Source: Alphaproteobacteria bacterium
GTDB taxonomy: Bacteria > Pseudomonadota > Alphaproteobacteria > Rs-D84
Assembly (NCBI GenBank): GCA_017615655.1
Contig: JAFZZS010000005.1
Span: forward strand, 1,683 to 65,682
Direction: 5' to 3'
DNA length: 64,000 bases
The notes beneath the pieces were generated by a model. That model was not told where the DNA came from. It saw nothing but the letters and a program-made list of their open reading frames with translations, and ran no database searches. Position 1 is the stretch's first letter. The number at the start of each line of letters is the position of its first letter. A program made the translations under genes and the position numbers. Of this stretch, positions 9,484-19,456 are shown one piece after another.

Positions 9484-11472
9484 TTACTCCAATAATAAAA
9501 GATCATCTTCCATTTTGTGAATCAAATCACGTAATTCCGCAGCCGTTTCAAAATCCAAATTTTCTGCGGCTTTACGCATTCTTTGGGTCAATGATTTTAT
9601 TTCCTTACGCAATGTTTCAGCATCGATAACACCATCTTTACTATACAAAAATCTGCGTTTTTTATCAGTTTTTTCTTGGACATCGGTAACACCATCAAAT
9701 ACCGCCTTGGATACGGTTTTCGGTATTATCCCATGTTGCTTATTATATGCCATTTGTTTTTCACGACGACGGGCCGTTTCATCAAGTGCCGATTTCATCG
9801 AATCGGTTACAACATCTGCATACAATATAACACGACCATTTGCATTTCGGGCTGCACGCCCAATTGTTTGAATAAGTGATCGTGCAGAACGCAAGAACCC
9901 CTCTTTATCAGCATCCATAATAGCGACCAATTCACATTCAGGAACATCCAGACCTTCGCGCAGTAAATTTATACCAACCAAAACATCAAACTTGCCAATT
10001 CTTAAATCACGCAATAATTCAATACGTTCAAGTGTTTCAATATCACTATGCAAATATCGTGCCCTAATACCATGTTCAACAAAATAATCAGTAAGTTGTT
10101 CCGCCATTTTTTTGGTAAGGGTTGTAACCAATACCCGACCTTTTACGGAACTTACTTCGTTCAATAAATCATCAACCTGATTTTTAATTGGACGCACAAT
10201 ACATTCTGGATCTAATAAACCAGTTGGACGAATTACTTGTTCAGCAACAATTCCACCTGACTGATTCATTTCCCATTCCGCCGGTGTTGCCGAAACAAAT
10301 ATAGTTTGTGGACGCATCGCGTCCCATTCTTCAAATGTTAATGGTCTATTGTCAACACAGGACGGTAATCTAAAACCATATTGTGCCAAAGTTTCTTTAC
10401 GCGCCTTGTCACCACGCGCCATCGCAGAAATCTGTGGAACGGTCACATGACTTTCGTCTATGAATAAAATCGCATCTTTTGGCAAGTATTCAAATAAAGT
10501 TGGTGGGGGTTGTCCTGGTAAACGCCCAGATAAATATCGTGAGTAATTCTCAATTCCGCGACATGTACCTGTAGATTCCATCATCTCTATATCCATATTC
10601 ACACGTTCACGCAATCGTTGCTCTTCTATGTATTTCATATTTTCATGAAAATATTGCAATCTTTCATTCAAATCCTTGCGAATCTGACCAATTGCTTGAA
10701 CTACTGATGGCATGGGGGTCGCATAGTGAGTATTTGGATATGCAACAATTCTGTCAATTTTAAAAAGTTTTGCGCCTGTCAACGCATCAAATTCCCATAT
10801 TTCTTCAATTTCATCACCCCAAAACGAAATTTTCCATGCCCTGTCCTGACTATGTGATGGAAAAATATCAAGGGTATCCCCACGCACACGAAAACATCCG
10901 CGTTCAAAGGAGATATCATTACGATTGTACTGAATATTTACCAGTTCACGCATTACCTCGTTACGACCAATTATATCCCCTACCCTAAGAGTCAGTTTCA
11001 TTTCCGAATACTGTTCTGGGGTCCCAAGTCCATAAATAGATGAAACAGAAGACACAACAATAACGTCACGTTCTTCGAGCATCGCACGCGTTGCACTGTG
11101 ACGCATACGGTCTAATTGGTCATTTATAGATGCATCTTTGTCGATATAGGTATCCGTCGTTGGCACGTACGCTTCGGGTTGATAATAATCATAATACGAC
11201 ACAAAATATTCAACATGATTATGTGGAAAAAAGGATTTCATTTCCGTATAAAGTTGCGCTGCCAAAATTTTATTTGGTGCCATCAATAATGCGGGTCTGC
11301 CAAGTTCCGCGATAACATTTGCCATTGTAAATGTCTTACCAGACCCGGTTACCCCAAGCAACACCTGTGATTTACGCCCATTTTTTACACCATTAACCAG
11401 ATCCGCAATCGCGACTGGTTGATCACCCATGGGTTTATAATCACTTTCAAGATTAAAAATTTTTTTGTTCAC
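9484..11472 (-). CDS. uvrB: excinuclease ABC subunit B
   Basis: GVTGSGKTFT, YFVSYYDYYQPEAY, DESH, QTIGRAARN, C-terminal UVR domain. Confidence 0.98.
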   Translation of the reverse strand: MNKKIFNLESDYKPMGDQPVAIADLVNGVKNGRKSQVLLGVTGSGKTFTMANVIAELGRPALLMAPNKILAAQLYTEMKSFFPHNHVEYFVSYYDYYQPEAYVPTTDTYIDKDASINDQLDRMRHSATRAMLEERDVIVVSSVSSIYGLGTPEQYSEMKLTLRVGDIIGRNEVMRELVNIQYNRNDISFERGCFRVRGDTLDIFPSHSQDRAWKISFWGDEIEEIWEFDALTGAKLFKIDRIVAYPNTHYATPMPSVVQAIGQIRKDLNERLQYFHENMKYIEEQRLRERVNMDIEMMESTGTCRGIENYSRYLSGRLPGQPPPTLFEYLPKDAILFIDESHVTVPQISAMARGDKARKETLAQYGFRLPSCVDNRPLTFEEWDAMRPQTIFVSATPAEWEMNQSGGIVAEQVIRPTGLLDPECIVRPIKNQVDDLLNEVSSVKGRVLVTTLTKKMAEQLTDYFVEHGIRARYLHSDIETLERIELLRDLRIGKFDVLVGINLLREGLDVPECELVAIMDADKEGFLRSARSLIQTIGRAARNANGRVILYADVVTDSMKSALDETARRREKQMAYNKQHGIIPKTVSKAVFDGVTDVQEKTDKKRRFLYSKDGVIDAETLRKEIKSLTQRMRKAAENLDFETAAELRDLIHKMEDDLLLLE

Positions 11473-11520
11473 ATAACGCAGTATAATCCATTATAATTAA
11501 AAAACAAGAGGGGTCAGAGA

Positions 11521-13998
11521 ATGCCTATGAAGCCACGACATAAACGAAGAACATTTTGGACAATCATTGTTTTGTTTGCCGTTATTGTAATTAGTGTGAT
11601 TGTTTTACCATCATTTATAAAATTAAATGAAATGCGTGAACACCTTGAATCCGCAATTTTTGCACAAACTGGTGTGGTAGCTCACGTAAAAGGTGATATA
11701 ACATTTGGTCTTTTAGGACAAACAACGATTATTGCACATGACGTAGATTTACCGCATGGATCCGCACGAAGCCTTGCATTCAAAATTCCATTTACCGGGC
11801 TATTTAATCCAACAGAAGTCGAAATCCGAGACGCAATTGGTGCTGTTGGTGCAGATGTTACCCTTACATCGCTTGAAACATTGAATTTGAAGTATGATAT
11901 GGCCGTTAAAGATTCTGTCGTAAGATTTATGGGCAAGGATTATCACATCATAGACGGCCTTTTTCACAAAGGAACGTTTGATGGTTTAGTACGTACAGGT
12001 CAACACAAATACGATATACGATTCAACGAGAAAGAATTTACGATCAAAAATAGAAATTTGAATTTGAATATCCAGGGAGAACTTTTCCCATCTGGTGCAG
12101 CAACAGGAACACTTGAAATATCAACTGATAAAATAAATTCATGGTTTCAATTTGACGAGCCAAAATTCACAAGACGCGTAAATGTTACTACTGATTTCTG
12201 GTGGGATGGCGGATACGGGTTCAGATTTTATGATTTGGTTGCTAACAATGTTCATGGCAATATAGAAATTGACGCTAATGGATGGTTAACTATTAATTTG
12301 ACATCCGACAACACTGACTTTGATTTTTCGTTTCTATCGCGTCCTGGTCAATTTTTGCGTGACAGTCGTATAAATGTGGACTTTTATGGTAATTTAAAAT
12401 TTAACAAACGCAACTTTAATCATATAAAACTTGATATTGTTGGTACCGAACAATACGTCCAGGTAAACAAGGTTATTGCTGACGATAACATTTTTACTGG
12501 TGGAACTATTGATAAAGATGGCGCCCATGAAATAATGGTGCAAACATTAATGGATGACGTTCCAACAAAATGCTTGTTTTCAGGAACAGAAAAAGAATGG
12601 ACCTGCGAAGAATTTGTGTACGGCGATTTACATGGTTCACTACATTATACAAAAAACTATGTAGTTGCCGATATAACATCAAATTCAAAAATATCCCTTG
12701 AAGAATTAAATGACTATGTATTGCGCACAGGTGCACGAAGCGCAAGTGTAAAATTCAAGTTTGCTAATATGGGTGGTCGCTATACTATGACAAAAAAGGG
12801 AACCAAAGTTGAATATGATTATGTGTATGGAAAAAATCTGCGTTGGTTAAACCCAAACATAAAAATATTACCAGAATTTATGATGACAGAACCTGGAAAT
12901 ATTATCTGGACAGAGGATACAATGTCCTTTATTCCAAATTCCGGAAATTGGTCTTTGACACTGCAAGATAATTTCTTTTACCTTACAAATACAAACATGA
13001 AAAATAGACTTCAATATATTGATTTACGCGCCATAAATGATTTTCCATACATCTTATCAGGATCTTATAATGACCGTGGTGACATATCAAATTTAACCTT
13101 AAAAATCGCGGGACATGTATTTACTGGGACAGCAAATCAGGACGGCATAACACTGCATACAGATAAGTTGATTCTGGATACTTTCCTTAACAAAGAATTT
13201 TTTGACAGATACGAAGAAATGGAATTTTTATCAAACGCGCCTATATTATTACCATTCGAATTTCATAATAATGTGTATTTAACAGCTAATGCGTTAATAT
13301 ATGGTGGAAACACATATAAAAACTTTGTATACGCACTAAAAGCTGGTACACAAACATTTTCCATTACCGATAATGCGCGTGGAAACTTACTTGCAACAAT
13401 AATCAAAGAACAATCAGAATATGATATATTCTTGCAATTGAACAAATTTGTAATTAATGATAAATTGTTGGCCAAGAATTTCCCATTGAATGTGTCAAAT
13501 ACATCTATTACTGCTGAAATGCAATTGCATACTAGTGGACATGTCGCACATGATATATGGTACAACATGGTTGGTGATATAGATTTAACCTTTGATGGCG
13601 GATATCTTTACGGAATTGGCATTGACGATTTTTACGCAAATGCTGAAAATATAAATCGGTTGAATATCGAAGACATGACCATAACTGCACTAGAATCTGG
13701 TATAACAAGAATCAAAAACATGCGCGTCATTGGAAAATACAACCATGGTAACTTTGAAACAACGAAACCTTTGACAATTTCTGTACATCATGCCGATATT
13801 ACTGGAAGCTTGGCTATAGTTGATAATTCGATGTCTGCTAAATTAGACCTGTTGTTACGCGCCACAGCCCCAGATCAAATTACAGTATCCGTAACACTAT
13901 TACCAAATGGTCGTCGTGAATATTCACTGTCAGAAATCATGAAAAACTTTGATCCGGCATTTATGCGAAGTTTCATACGCACACATAACAAGTTCTAA
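11521..13998 (+). CDS. AsmA-like envelope protein
   Basis: N-terminal TM anchor, beta-rich body, C-terminal G.I.L.FDGG.LYGI resembling AsmA-like proteins. Confidence 0.55.
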   Translation: MPMKPRHKRRTFWTIIVLFAVIVISVIVLPSFIKLNEMREHLESAIFAQTGVVAHVKGDITFGLLGQTTIIAHDVDLPHGSARSLAFKIPFTGLFNPTEVEIRDAIGAVGADVTLTSLETLNLKYDMAVKDSVVRFMGKDYHIIDGLFHKGTFDGLVRTGQHKYDIRFNEKEFTIKNRNLNLNIQGELFPSGAATGTLEISTDKINSWFQFDEPKFTRRVNVTTDFWWDGGYGFRFYDLVANNVHGNIEIDANGWLTINLTSDNTDFDFSFLSRPGQFLRDSRINVDFYGNLKFNKRNFNHIKLDIVGTEQYVQVNKVIADDNIFTGGTIDKDGAHEIMVQTLMDDVPTKCLFSGTEKEWTCEEFVYGDLHGSLHYTKNYVVADITSNSKISLEELNDYVLRTGARSASVKFKFANMGGRYTMTKKGTKVEYDYVYGKNLRWLNPNIKILPEFMMTEPGNIIWTEDTMSFIPNSGNWSLTLQDNFFYLTNTNMKNRLQYIDLRAINDFPYILSGSYNDRGDISNLTLKIAGHVFTGTANQDGITLHTDKLILDTFLNKEFFDRYEEMEFLSNAPILLPFEFHNNVYLTANALIYGGNTYKNFVYALKAGTQTFSITDNARGNLLATIIKEQSEYDIFLQLNKFVINDKLLAKNFPLNVSNTSITAEMQLHTSGHVAHDIWYNMVGDIDLTFDGGYLYGIGIDDFYANAENINRLNIEDMTITALESGITRIKNMRVIGKYNHGNFETTKPLTISVHHADITGSLAIVDNSMSAKLDLLLRATAPDQITVSVTLLPNGRREYSLSEIMKNFDPAFMRSFIRTHNKF

Positions 13999-14033
13999 AA
14001 AAATTGCCCGCAAGCTTGCGCGGGCAATTTTTT
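13999..14033. terminator. bidirectional intrinsic terminator
   Basis: AAAAATTGCCCGC...GCGGGCAATTTTT between convergent genes. Confidence 0.85.
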
Positions 14034-14046
14034 GTTACCTTTTACG

Positions 14047-14664
14047 TTATCTTTGTATTTGGGTATACAAAGTTCTTAACAAACTTGACACTTCTATATT
14101 AACAGGTACACCAGCATCCCAAACTTTCTCGGCGTCATATTCAACACCACGCGATTCCAAATCTTGTACTTTTTTGCCTAAATCTGTTCTAAATGTATTT
14201 CTGGCCTTGGTTGCCAAAGTATCAACGGTTTTCCATAATGGCGATTCTGGGACAATTTCAATACCATTTTCACATTTCTTGGACCCGTTCTCCATCATCT
14301 TTCTCATCTCGGTCCACATAATTTTGGCTTGATCTTCTGGCTTGGTACCCAATGGCCACAGCGGCTTATGTGATGCCAATGTCAATGGTTTCTCACGACA
14401 AGAGAGCCCATATTTTGTTACCTTAAATATACCCGTGCCATCGCCATGCGCATTATGTCTAAGCATACAATCATATGGGTCGTACAACATAAGAGCCCTC
14501 AATTGTACACCATTTTCAAACCAACACCAATCCAGGTTTTCTATTTGCACGCGACCAATTGTTACTGTATTAAAATCCGCAGCAGAACGTATTACGCGAT
14601 TTCTATAATTTACCCATAAATTTTGAATTTCACGATTAATTTCTAATTTATAATCTTGTGCCAT
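14047..14664 (-). CDS. hypothetical protein
   Basis: 205-aa ORF with AAGGGT RBS. Confidence 0.6.
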   Translation of the reverse strand: MAQDYKLEINREIQNLWVNYRNRVIRSAADFNTVTIGRVQIENLDWCWFENGVQLRALMLYDPYDCMLRHNAHGDGTGIFKVTKYGLSCREKPLTLASHKPLWPLGTKPEDQAKIMWTEMRKMMENGSKKCENGIEIVPESPLWKTVDTLATKARNTFRTDLGKKVQDLESRGVEYDAEKVWDAGVPVNIEVSSLLRTLYTQIQR

Positions 14665-14737
14665 TTTTTACCCTTTTTATTTGGCTCTCCCTCTCTTCTG
14701 CGGAAAGAAATATACCATACGCACCGCCAAAGTCAAC

Positions 14738-14769
14738 AAAAAACACCCGCAAATCTGCGGGTATCCTTT
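14738..14769 (-). terminator. intrinsic terminator after aspS
   Basis: ACCCGCA/TGCGGGT hairpin followed by a T-run on the minus strand. Confidence 0.7.
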
Positions 14770-14785
14770 GATTTTTTGACTTTTA

Positions 14786-16555
14786 TTAGTTCTTTTTACG
14801 AACCTGTATATGAACGTCACGCAATTGCTGTTCGGTAACCTCATTCGGACTGCCCATCAACAAATCTTGACCACGTTGGTTTGCCGGAAATGCGACAATT
14901 TCACGCAAACTATCACCGTTACCCAAAATCTCTGACACGACACGTTCTATACCAAATGCGCATCCACCATGTGGTGGCGCACCATATTGAAATGCGGTGT
15001 ATAGGCCAGAAAAGTTCTTTTCAACCGCCTCGATTGGATATCCAGCAATTTCAAAACATTTTTTCATAACATCTGGGTTATAGTTACGCAAACCACCACT
15101 GCAGATTTCAATTCCATTAAGAACCATATCAAACTGTGCCGCTTTGATTGTGAATGGATCCAGCGTAGACAATTCTTCAAGACTGGCCATTGGATATGAG
15201 AATGGGTTATGCGTAAACATCGGGGCACCGCCACGTTCTTCGTCTGGCTCAAAAAACGGGAAATTATCAACCCAACAGAACGCGAAATCACGTGGTTTCA
15301 CCAAATCTAATTCTGCGCCCAATTTATTGCGTAACTTACCCGCTGCCTTGGCCGCGATATCCCCCTTGTCACAAACAAAGAACAATGATGAATTATCCCC
15401 GGCAATCTTATGCAATTTTGCAATACGGTCCGCATCAAGTTTCTTGGCAACTGGTCCCTTTGGTTCATCTGCAAACACAATGTAAGCCAACCCACCAAGC
15501 CCTAGTTCTTTAACGGCATACTCACCTAATTTATCAAACCATGAACGAGGTTTGTCCGCACTGTTCGGTCCTGGTATTGCACGAACAACAGCACCATTTT
15601 CAATGGCATTCGCAAATATCCCGAAATCTGACCCACGGAAAATATCTGTTACATCGGAAATAAGAATAGGATTGCGCATATCTGGTTTATCTGACCCATA
15701 TTTCAACATAGCATCATCAAATGAAATATGTGGAATATCCGGGTAAACATTAGCATCTGGCGCAAATGTTTTAACCATTTCTGGAATTACTGCCTCACCC
15801 ACAGCTTGAATATCAGGCAAATCAACAAACGACATTTCCAAATCTAGTTGATAAAATTCCAGTAATCTATCCGCGCGCAAATCTTCATCACGAAAACATG
15901 GTGCAATCTGGAAATAGCGATCAAAACCAGCGACTTGCAATAATTGTTTAAACATCTGTGGTGCTTGGGGCAAAGCATAGAACTTACCATGATGCAAACG
16001 TGACGGCACCAAGAAACTGCGCGCCCCCTCGGGCGAATCGGCTGTTAATAATGGAGTTTGAAATTCTGAAAAACCCAAATCCCACATCTTATCGCGCAAC
16101 CATTTCATCATCTTGTTACGCATCAAAATATTGTAATGCAATTTTTCACGTCGTAAATCCAAGAAACGATATTTATAACGTAATTCCTCACTCGTTTCAT
16201 CATCACCAAATACCTGGAAAGGTAAAACTTCGGAATTCGTCAAAACACTCCATTTTTGAACTTGGATTTCTATTTCACCGGTAGAAATTTTGTCATTAAC
16301 TTGGGTCGCATCACGTGCAACGACTTTCCCTATGACTTGCAACACAGATTCCGGACGAACACGTTCCAAGTCTTCATTTCCACCGTCAAGAACGATTTGC
16401 GTTATTCCATAATTATCCCGTAAATCTATGAATAACAAAGATCCATGATCACGTTTACGATGAACCCAACCAGAAAGGGTTACAATTTCACCAACATTCT
16501 TGGCAGTCAATTCCCCGCACGTATGCGTTCTATATTTTGATTTTAGTGATAACAT
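14786..16555 (-). CDS. aspS: aspartate--tRNA ligase (probably non-discriminating)
   Basis: RTHTCG, RDHG, FYALPQAPQ.FKQLL, FRDEDLRADR, GAPPHGG. The His in RDHG suggests the non-discriminating type. Confidence 0.97.
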   Translation of the reverse strand: MLSLKSKYRTHTCGELTAKNVGEIVTLSGWVHRKRDHGSLLFIDLRDNYGITQIVLDGGNEDLERVRPESVLQVIGKVVARDATQVNDKISTGEIEIQVQKWSVLTNSEVLPFQVFGDDETSEELRYKYRFLDLRREKLHYNILMRNKMMKWLRDKMWDLGFSEFQTPLLTADSPEGARSFLVPSRLHHGKFYALPQAPQMFKQLLQVAGFDRYFQIAPCFRDEDLRADRLLEFYQLDLEMSFVDLPDIQAVGEAVIPEMVKTFAPDANVYPDIPHISFDDAMLKYGSDKPDMRNPILISDVTDIFRGSDFGIFANAIENGAVVRAIPGPNSADKPRSWFDKLGEYAVKELGLGGLAYIVFADEPKGPVAKKLDADRIAKLHKIAGDNSSLFFVCDKGDIAAKAAGKLRNKLGAELDLVKPRDFAFCWVDNFPFFEPDEERGGAPMFTHNPFSYPMASLEELSTLDPFTIKAAQFDMVLNGIEICSGGLRNYNPDVMKKCFEIAGYPIEAVEKNFSGLYTAFQYGAPPHGGCAFGIERVVSEILGNGDSLREIVAFPANQRGQDLLMGSPNEVTEQQLRDVHIQVRKKN

Positions 16556-16559
16556 TTCT

Positions 16560-16740
16560 GTTCCCTTTTTATTTTAGGCGCGGAAAAACATTTTGGAATC
16601 TCGGCACCAATTGGTTAAACATTTTTTCGGGGCGCATAAAACTTGGCTATGCGCGGTGCCACCCGAATTTATCACTTTTTAAATTTGAACCGCGACTCCA
16701 TGGTTGTCGGTCATATCAATGCCACAGGTTCAACAAAACT
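16560..16740 (-). promoter_or_regulatory. minimal T-box riboswitch (Asp specifier) in the aspS leader
   Basis: Stem I at 16733-16685 has a K-turn (C-AUU-GA / GA-G) and apical loop ACCGACAAC. Antiterminator is UUCGGG-UGGCACC-GCGCAUA...UAUGCGC-CCCGAA (16667-16626). Confidence 0.85.
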
Positions 16741-16746
16741 GAGACA

Positions 16747-16775
16747 ATAATAAAACTAAAATTAGCAATTTGCAA
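16747..16775 (-). promoter_or_regulatory. sigma70 promoter for the T-box-aspS transcript
   Basis: TTGCAA-17 nt-TATTAT immediately before Stem I. Confidence 0.7.
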
Positions 16776-16781
16776 GTATTA

Positions 16782-17249
16782 TCATCGTGACCATGACCAT
16801 ACCTTGTTATATATCCGCACAGTCATGTCATCAAATGGTATTGTGGCAGATGGTTGTGGCAATATCTTTGAAAATGGATTTTTATACCTTTCATCTGCGA
16901 TAATTTTTTGTTTCACGGTTGTTATAACAAATGTATCTATCACCCCAACATCATACGCTGCCTGCAAAAACACCGGTCCACCAACCAAGATTGCGTTTGG
17001 GAAATCATAATTCAAGTTTCTTAACGACATATCTCCACTGCGTTTAGCCACAAGGAACATTCTATTTTTATCCATACGCATTTTTTCTGGTAATAATCCA
17101 AAGGTATGTGGTGAACACACATATACACCGCCACATGCAAATGTTAACAATTTGAATATTTTTTTATCCAATTCTGGTGTCCAACTCATATCATCGTTTT
17201 CACCACGTGCCAGATACCCATTACAAGATTCAACGAAAATCGCTTTCAT
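16782..17249 (-). CDS. dihydrofolate reductase-like protein
   Basis: NG.LA....DMSW..ELDKKIFK.LT, ILVGG..F, D.FVIT.V pattern of the DHFR/RibD-C fold. Confidence 0.65.
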   Translation of the reverse strand: MKAIFVESCNGYLARGENDDMSWTPELDKKIFKLLTFACGGVYVCSPHTFGLLPEKMRMDKNRMFLVAKRSGDMSLRNLNYDFPNAILVGGPVFLQAAYDVGVIDTFVITTVKQKIIADERYKNPFSKILPQPSATIPFDDMTVRIYNKVWSWSR

Positions 17250-17308
17250 GTGGGTTAAAATAACATAAAAAAAATATTGTGCAAGACATTTGCACAATCT
17301 GTAAATTC

Positions 17309-17382
17309 TGGTGCCCTAAGCAAGAATCGGACTTGCGACTCGTCCTTACCAAGGACGTGTTTTACCACTAGACTATTAGGGC
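17309..17382 (-). tRNA. tRNA-Thr(GGT)
   Basis: Cloverleaf GCCCTAA...CGTCC-TTGGTAA-GGACG...TTAGGGC-ACCA. Confidence 0.95.
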
Positions 17383-17444
17383 GATTCCTAAAACATGGGC
17401 AAATTATACGGAAACACATATAAAAATCAAGTAAAAAAACCCAC

Positions 17445-18029
17445 CTATTCTTCCAATTTCACGCGCCACGATGCGTCTTCTTGAGGTTTCCGTGTTGGTG
17501 GTAAAGCAATTCCACCAAAAGGCATTTGAGCGACCAAGGTCCAACTTTCTGGCAAATTAAACATATTCCGAACCATTTTATCTATGATTGGGTTATAATG
17601 CTGTAGGTTGGCGCCTATGCTAACTGTGGCAAATGCGTTCCATATTGCAAATTGCAACATCCCGTTTGATTGCATCATCCAATCATGAAACATGTCCGCA
17701 TAAAATGGATAATTTCTTTGTGTTTCTGTAACAACAGCTGCATCATAAAAATAAAGTATCGTCCCATACCCATTTATAAAAGAGTCTATCCTAGCACGGG
17801 GAAGCTTATCACCAAGTTTCACGACAAGTTCATTATAAACCGAATTCCAAAAATTTGTATGTTTGTTATCTAACACCACTACTACACGTTGACTTTTCAT
17901 ATTAAATGCATCTGGTACGTATCGTACCGCATCATTTACAATCTCTATTATTTCATCTTTAGAAACAGGTATTTGTTTATTCAAATTATATACTGAGCGC
18001 CGTTGGCTTAGTGCCTTGATAAATTCCAT
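17445..18029 (-). CDS. nitroreductase family protein
   Basis: RRSVYNL, P.AFN..SQR, GANLQHYNP, W.L.AQMPFG. Confidence 0.9.
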   Translation of the reverse strand: MEFIKALSQRRSVYNLNKQIPVSKDEIIEIVNDAVRYVPDAFNMKSQRVVVVLDNKHTNFWNSVYNELVVKLGDKLPRARIDSFINGYGTILYFYDAAVVTETQRNYPFYADMFHDWMMQSNGMLQFAIWNAFATVSIGANLQHYNPIIDKMVRNMFNLPESWTLVAQMPFGGIALPPTRKPQEDASWRVKLEE

Positions 18030-18084
18030 TATTGTCCCCTTTTTACAGGACTATAACAACTTTTATAAGACTTACCAATATGGT

Positions 18085-18768
18085 TTAATTCCGTAATTTC
18101 CGCAAAATGTTTTTATTCGTTTCTGTCACACGATATGATTCCAATGCTTTTTGAATTGCACGTGAACGTGTCCAAGTATCCAGCTTTTTAAAATATGGCA
18201 AAACCCTATCAAAATACTTTGCAGCAACGGTTGCAAAATACCATGCCCGCATCATATTTACATAATATTCATCTGATTTTATATTTATAACCATATCCAT
18301 ATATTTATTGTTGAATTTATCATCTAAAAAATATCTCATCAGACATAATACCGCGAAACGCACCGTATAGAGATGTTTTGACTTAATCCATTTTTTTATG
18401 TACGGCAACAATTTGTCTGTATTTTTTACAAAAATTTTTGGGGACATTTGGTCACATGTTGCCCAATTATCAATATACGGCAAAAATTTATCAACCGCAG
18501 ATACCGCTGCGTCAAAATCACGAATTTCCGATATAATAAACGCGTGCAGTTGATTTTCATCAAAAAAATTATGTGGTAATTTACTGATAAAATCATTTGC
18601 AATACCATCTTTTATTAGATTATGGGCCAACGCACGTAAAACAGGTGTCCGTACCCCGATAAACCGTCCAGAATCAATCGTTGGAATCAATGCAGATTGA
18701 AAATTTCTGTATGCTTTGTCTTGCGCCGCATACAAAGAATCTAAAACTTTATTATTTTTCTTCACCAT
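18085..18768 (-). CDS. DNA alkylation repair protein (AlkD-like)
   Basis: IGVRTP.LR, IDNWATCD, YYVNMMRAWYFA, AIQKA.ESYR. Confidence 0.9.
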   Translation of the reverse strand: MVKKNNKVLDSLYAAQDKAYRNFQSALIPTIDSGRFIGVRTPVLRALAHNLIKDGIANDFISKLPHNFFDENQLHAFIISEIRDFDAAVSAVDKFLPYIDNWATCDQMSPKIFVKNTDKLLPYIKKWIKSKHLYTVRFAVLCLMRYFLDDKFNNKYMDMVINIKSDEYYVNMMRAWYFATVAAKYFDRVLPYFKKLDTWTRSRAIQKALESYRVTETNKNILRKLRN

Positions 18769-19291
18769 TATTATCTATTAATTGACCCTTTATCCATTTC
18801 TCAACTATATCACGGGAATCACCAACATTTGAACCATATACCGCTAACCCATTTTTAATTTTTGCACCTTTAAGAATATTTTTTATATCTTCAACACATT
18901 CACCAAGGTTTGACCCTTCGTGTGTGACAAACGGCATAACTATCTTACCGGCAAAATTATACCGTTCCAAAAATGTAAACACCGCCATTGGATATGTTCC
19001 CCACCATACAGGTCCCCCAATAAACACTACATCATAGTCAGATAAATCACCAACCGGTAATTTTTTAAGTATTGGTCGCGCATCCTTGGCTTTTTCTTGC
19101 TTTGCAATATCGGTACATTCATTATATTCATTTGGATATAGATTTTGGGGTTCTATTTTAAATATATCTGCCCCAACAATATCACGAATATATTCAGCAA
19201 TAACCTCGGTATTACCTTTAACTAGGTTAACAATACCACCCCCAAACCAATTTTGCCCAGTATGTGAAAAATATGCAACCAATGCTTTCAT
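18752..19291 (-). CDS. flavodoxin
   Basis: AYFSHTG, GNTE.IA, G.PVWWG, PF.THEGS. Confidence 0.9.
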   Translation of the reverse strand: MKALVAYFSHTGQNWFGGGIVNLVKGNTEVIAEYIRDIVGADIFKIEPQNLYPNEYNECTDIAKQEKAKDARPILKKLPVGDLSDYDVVFIGGPVWWGTYPMAVFTFLERYNFAGKIVMPFVTHEGSNLGECVEDIKNILKGAKIKNGLAVYGSNVGDSRDIVEKWIKGQLIDNNGEEK

Positions 19292-19456
19292 TATTTTCTC
19301 CTTTTTCACCAAATAATACATAAAAACAAAAAAAGTTTTAATAAAAATTTTAACAACTGATTAGACCAATAACGCCTTGATACAAATAGTGAAAAAGTGT
19401 ATAATATTACCGGTGATATATTATCCACGTAAAAAAGAACGAAAGGAACTACACCA

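Noticed and set aside
17445-19291. Flavodoxin-AlkD-nitroreductase cluster as a mobile island next to tRNA-Thr
   Set aside because: It lies upstream (5') of the tRNA with no att duplication or integrase; common gut-bacterial accessory genes.
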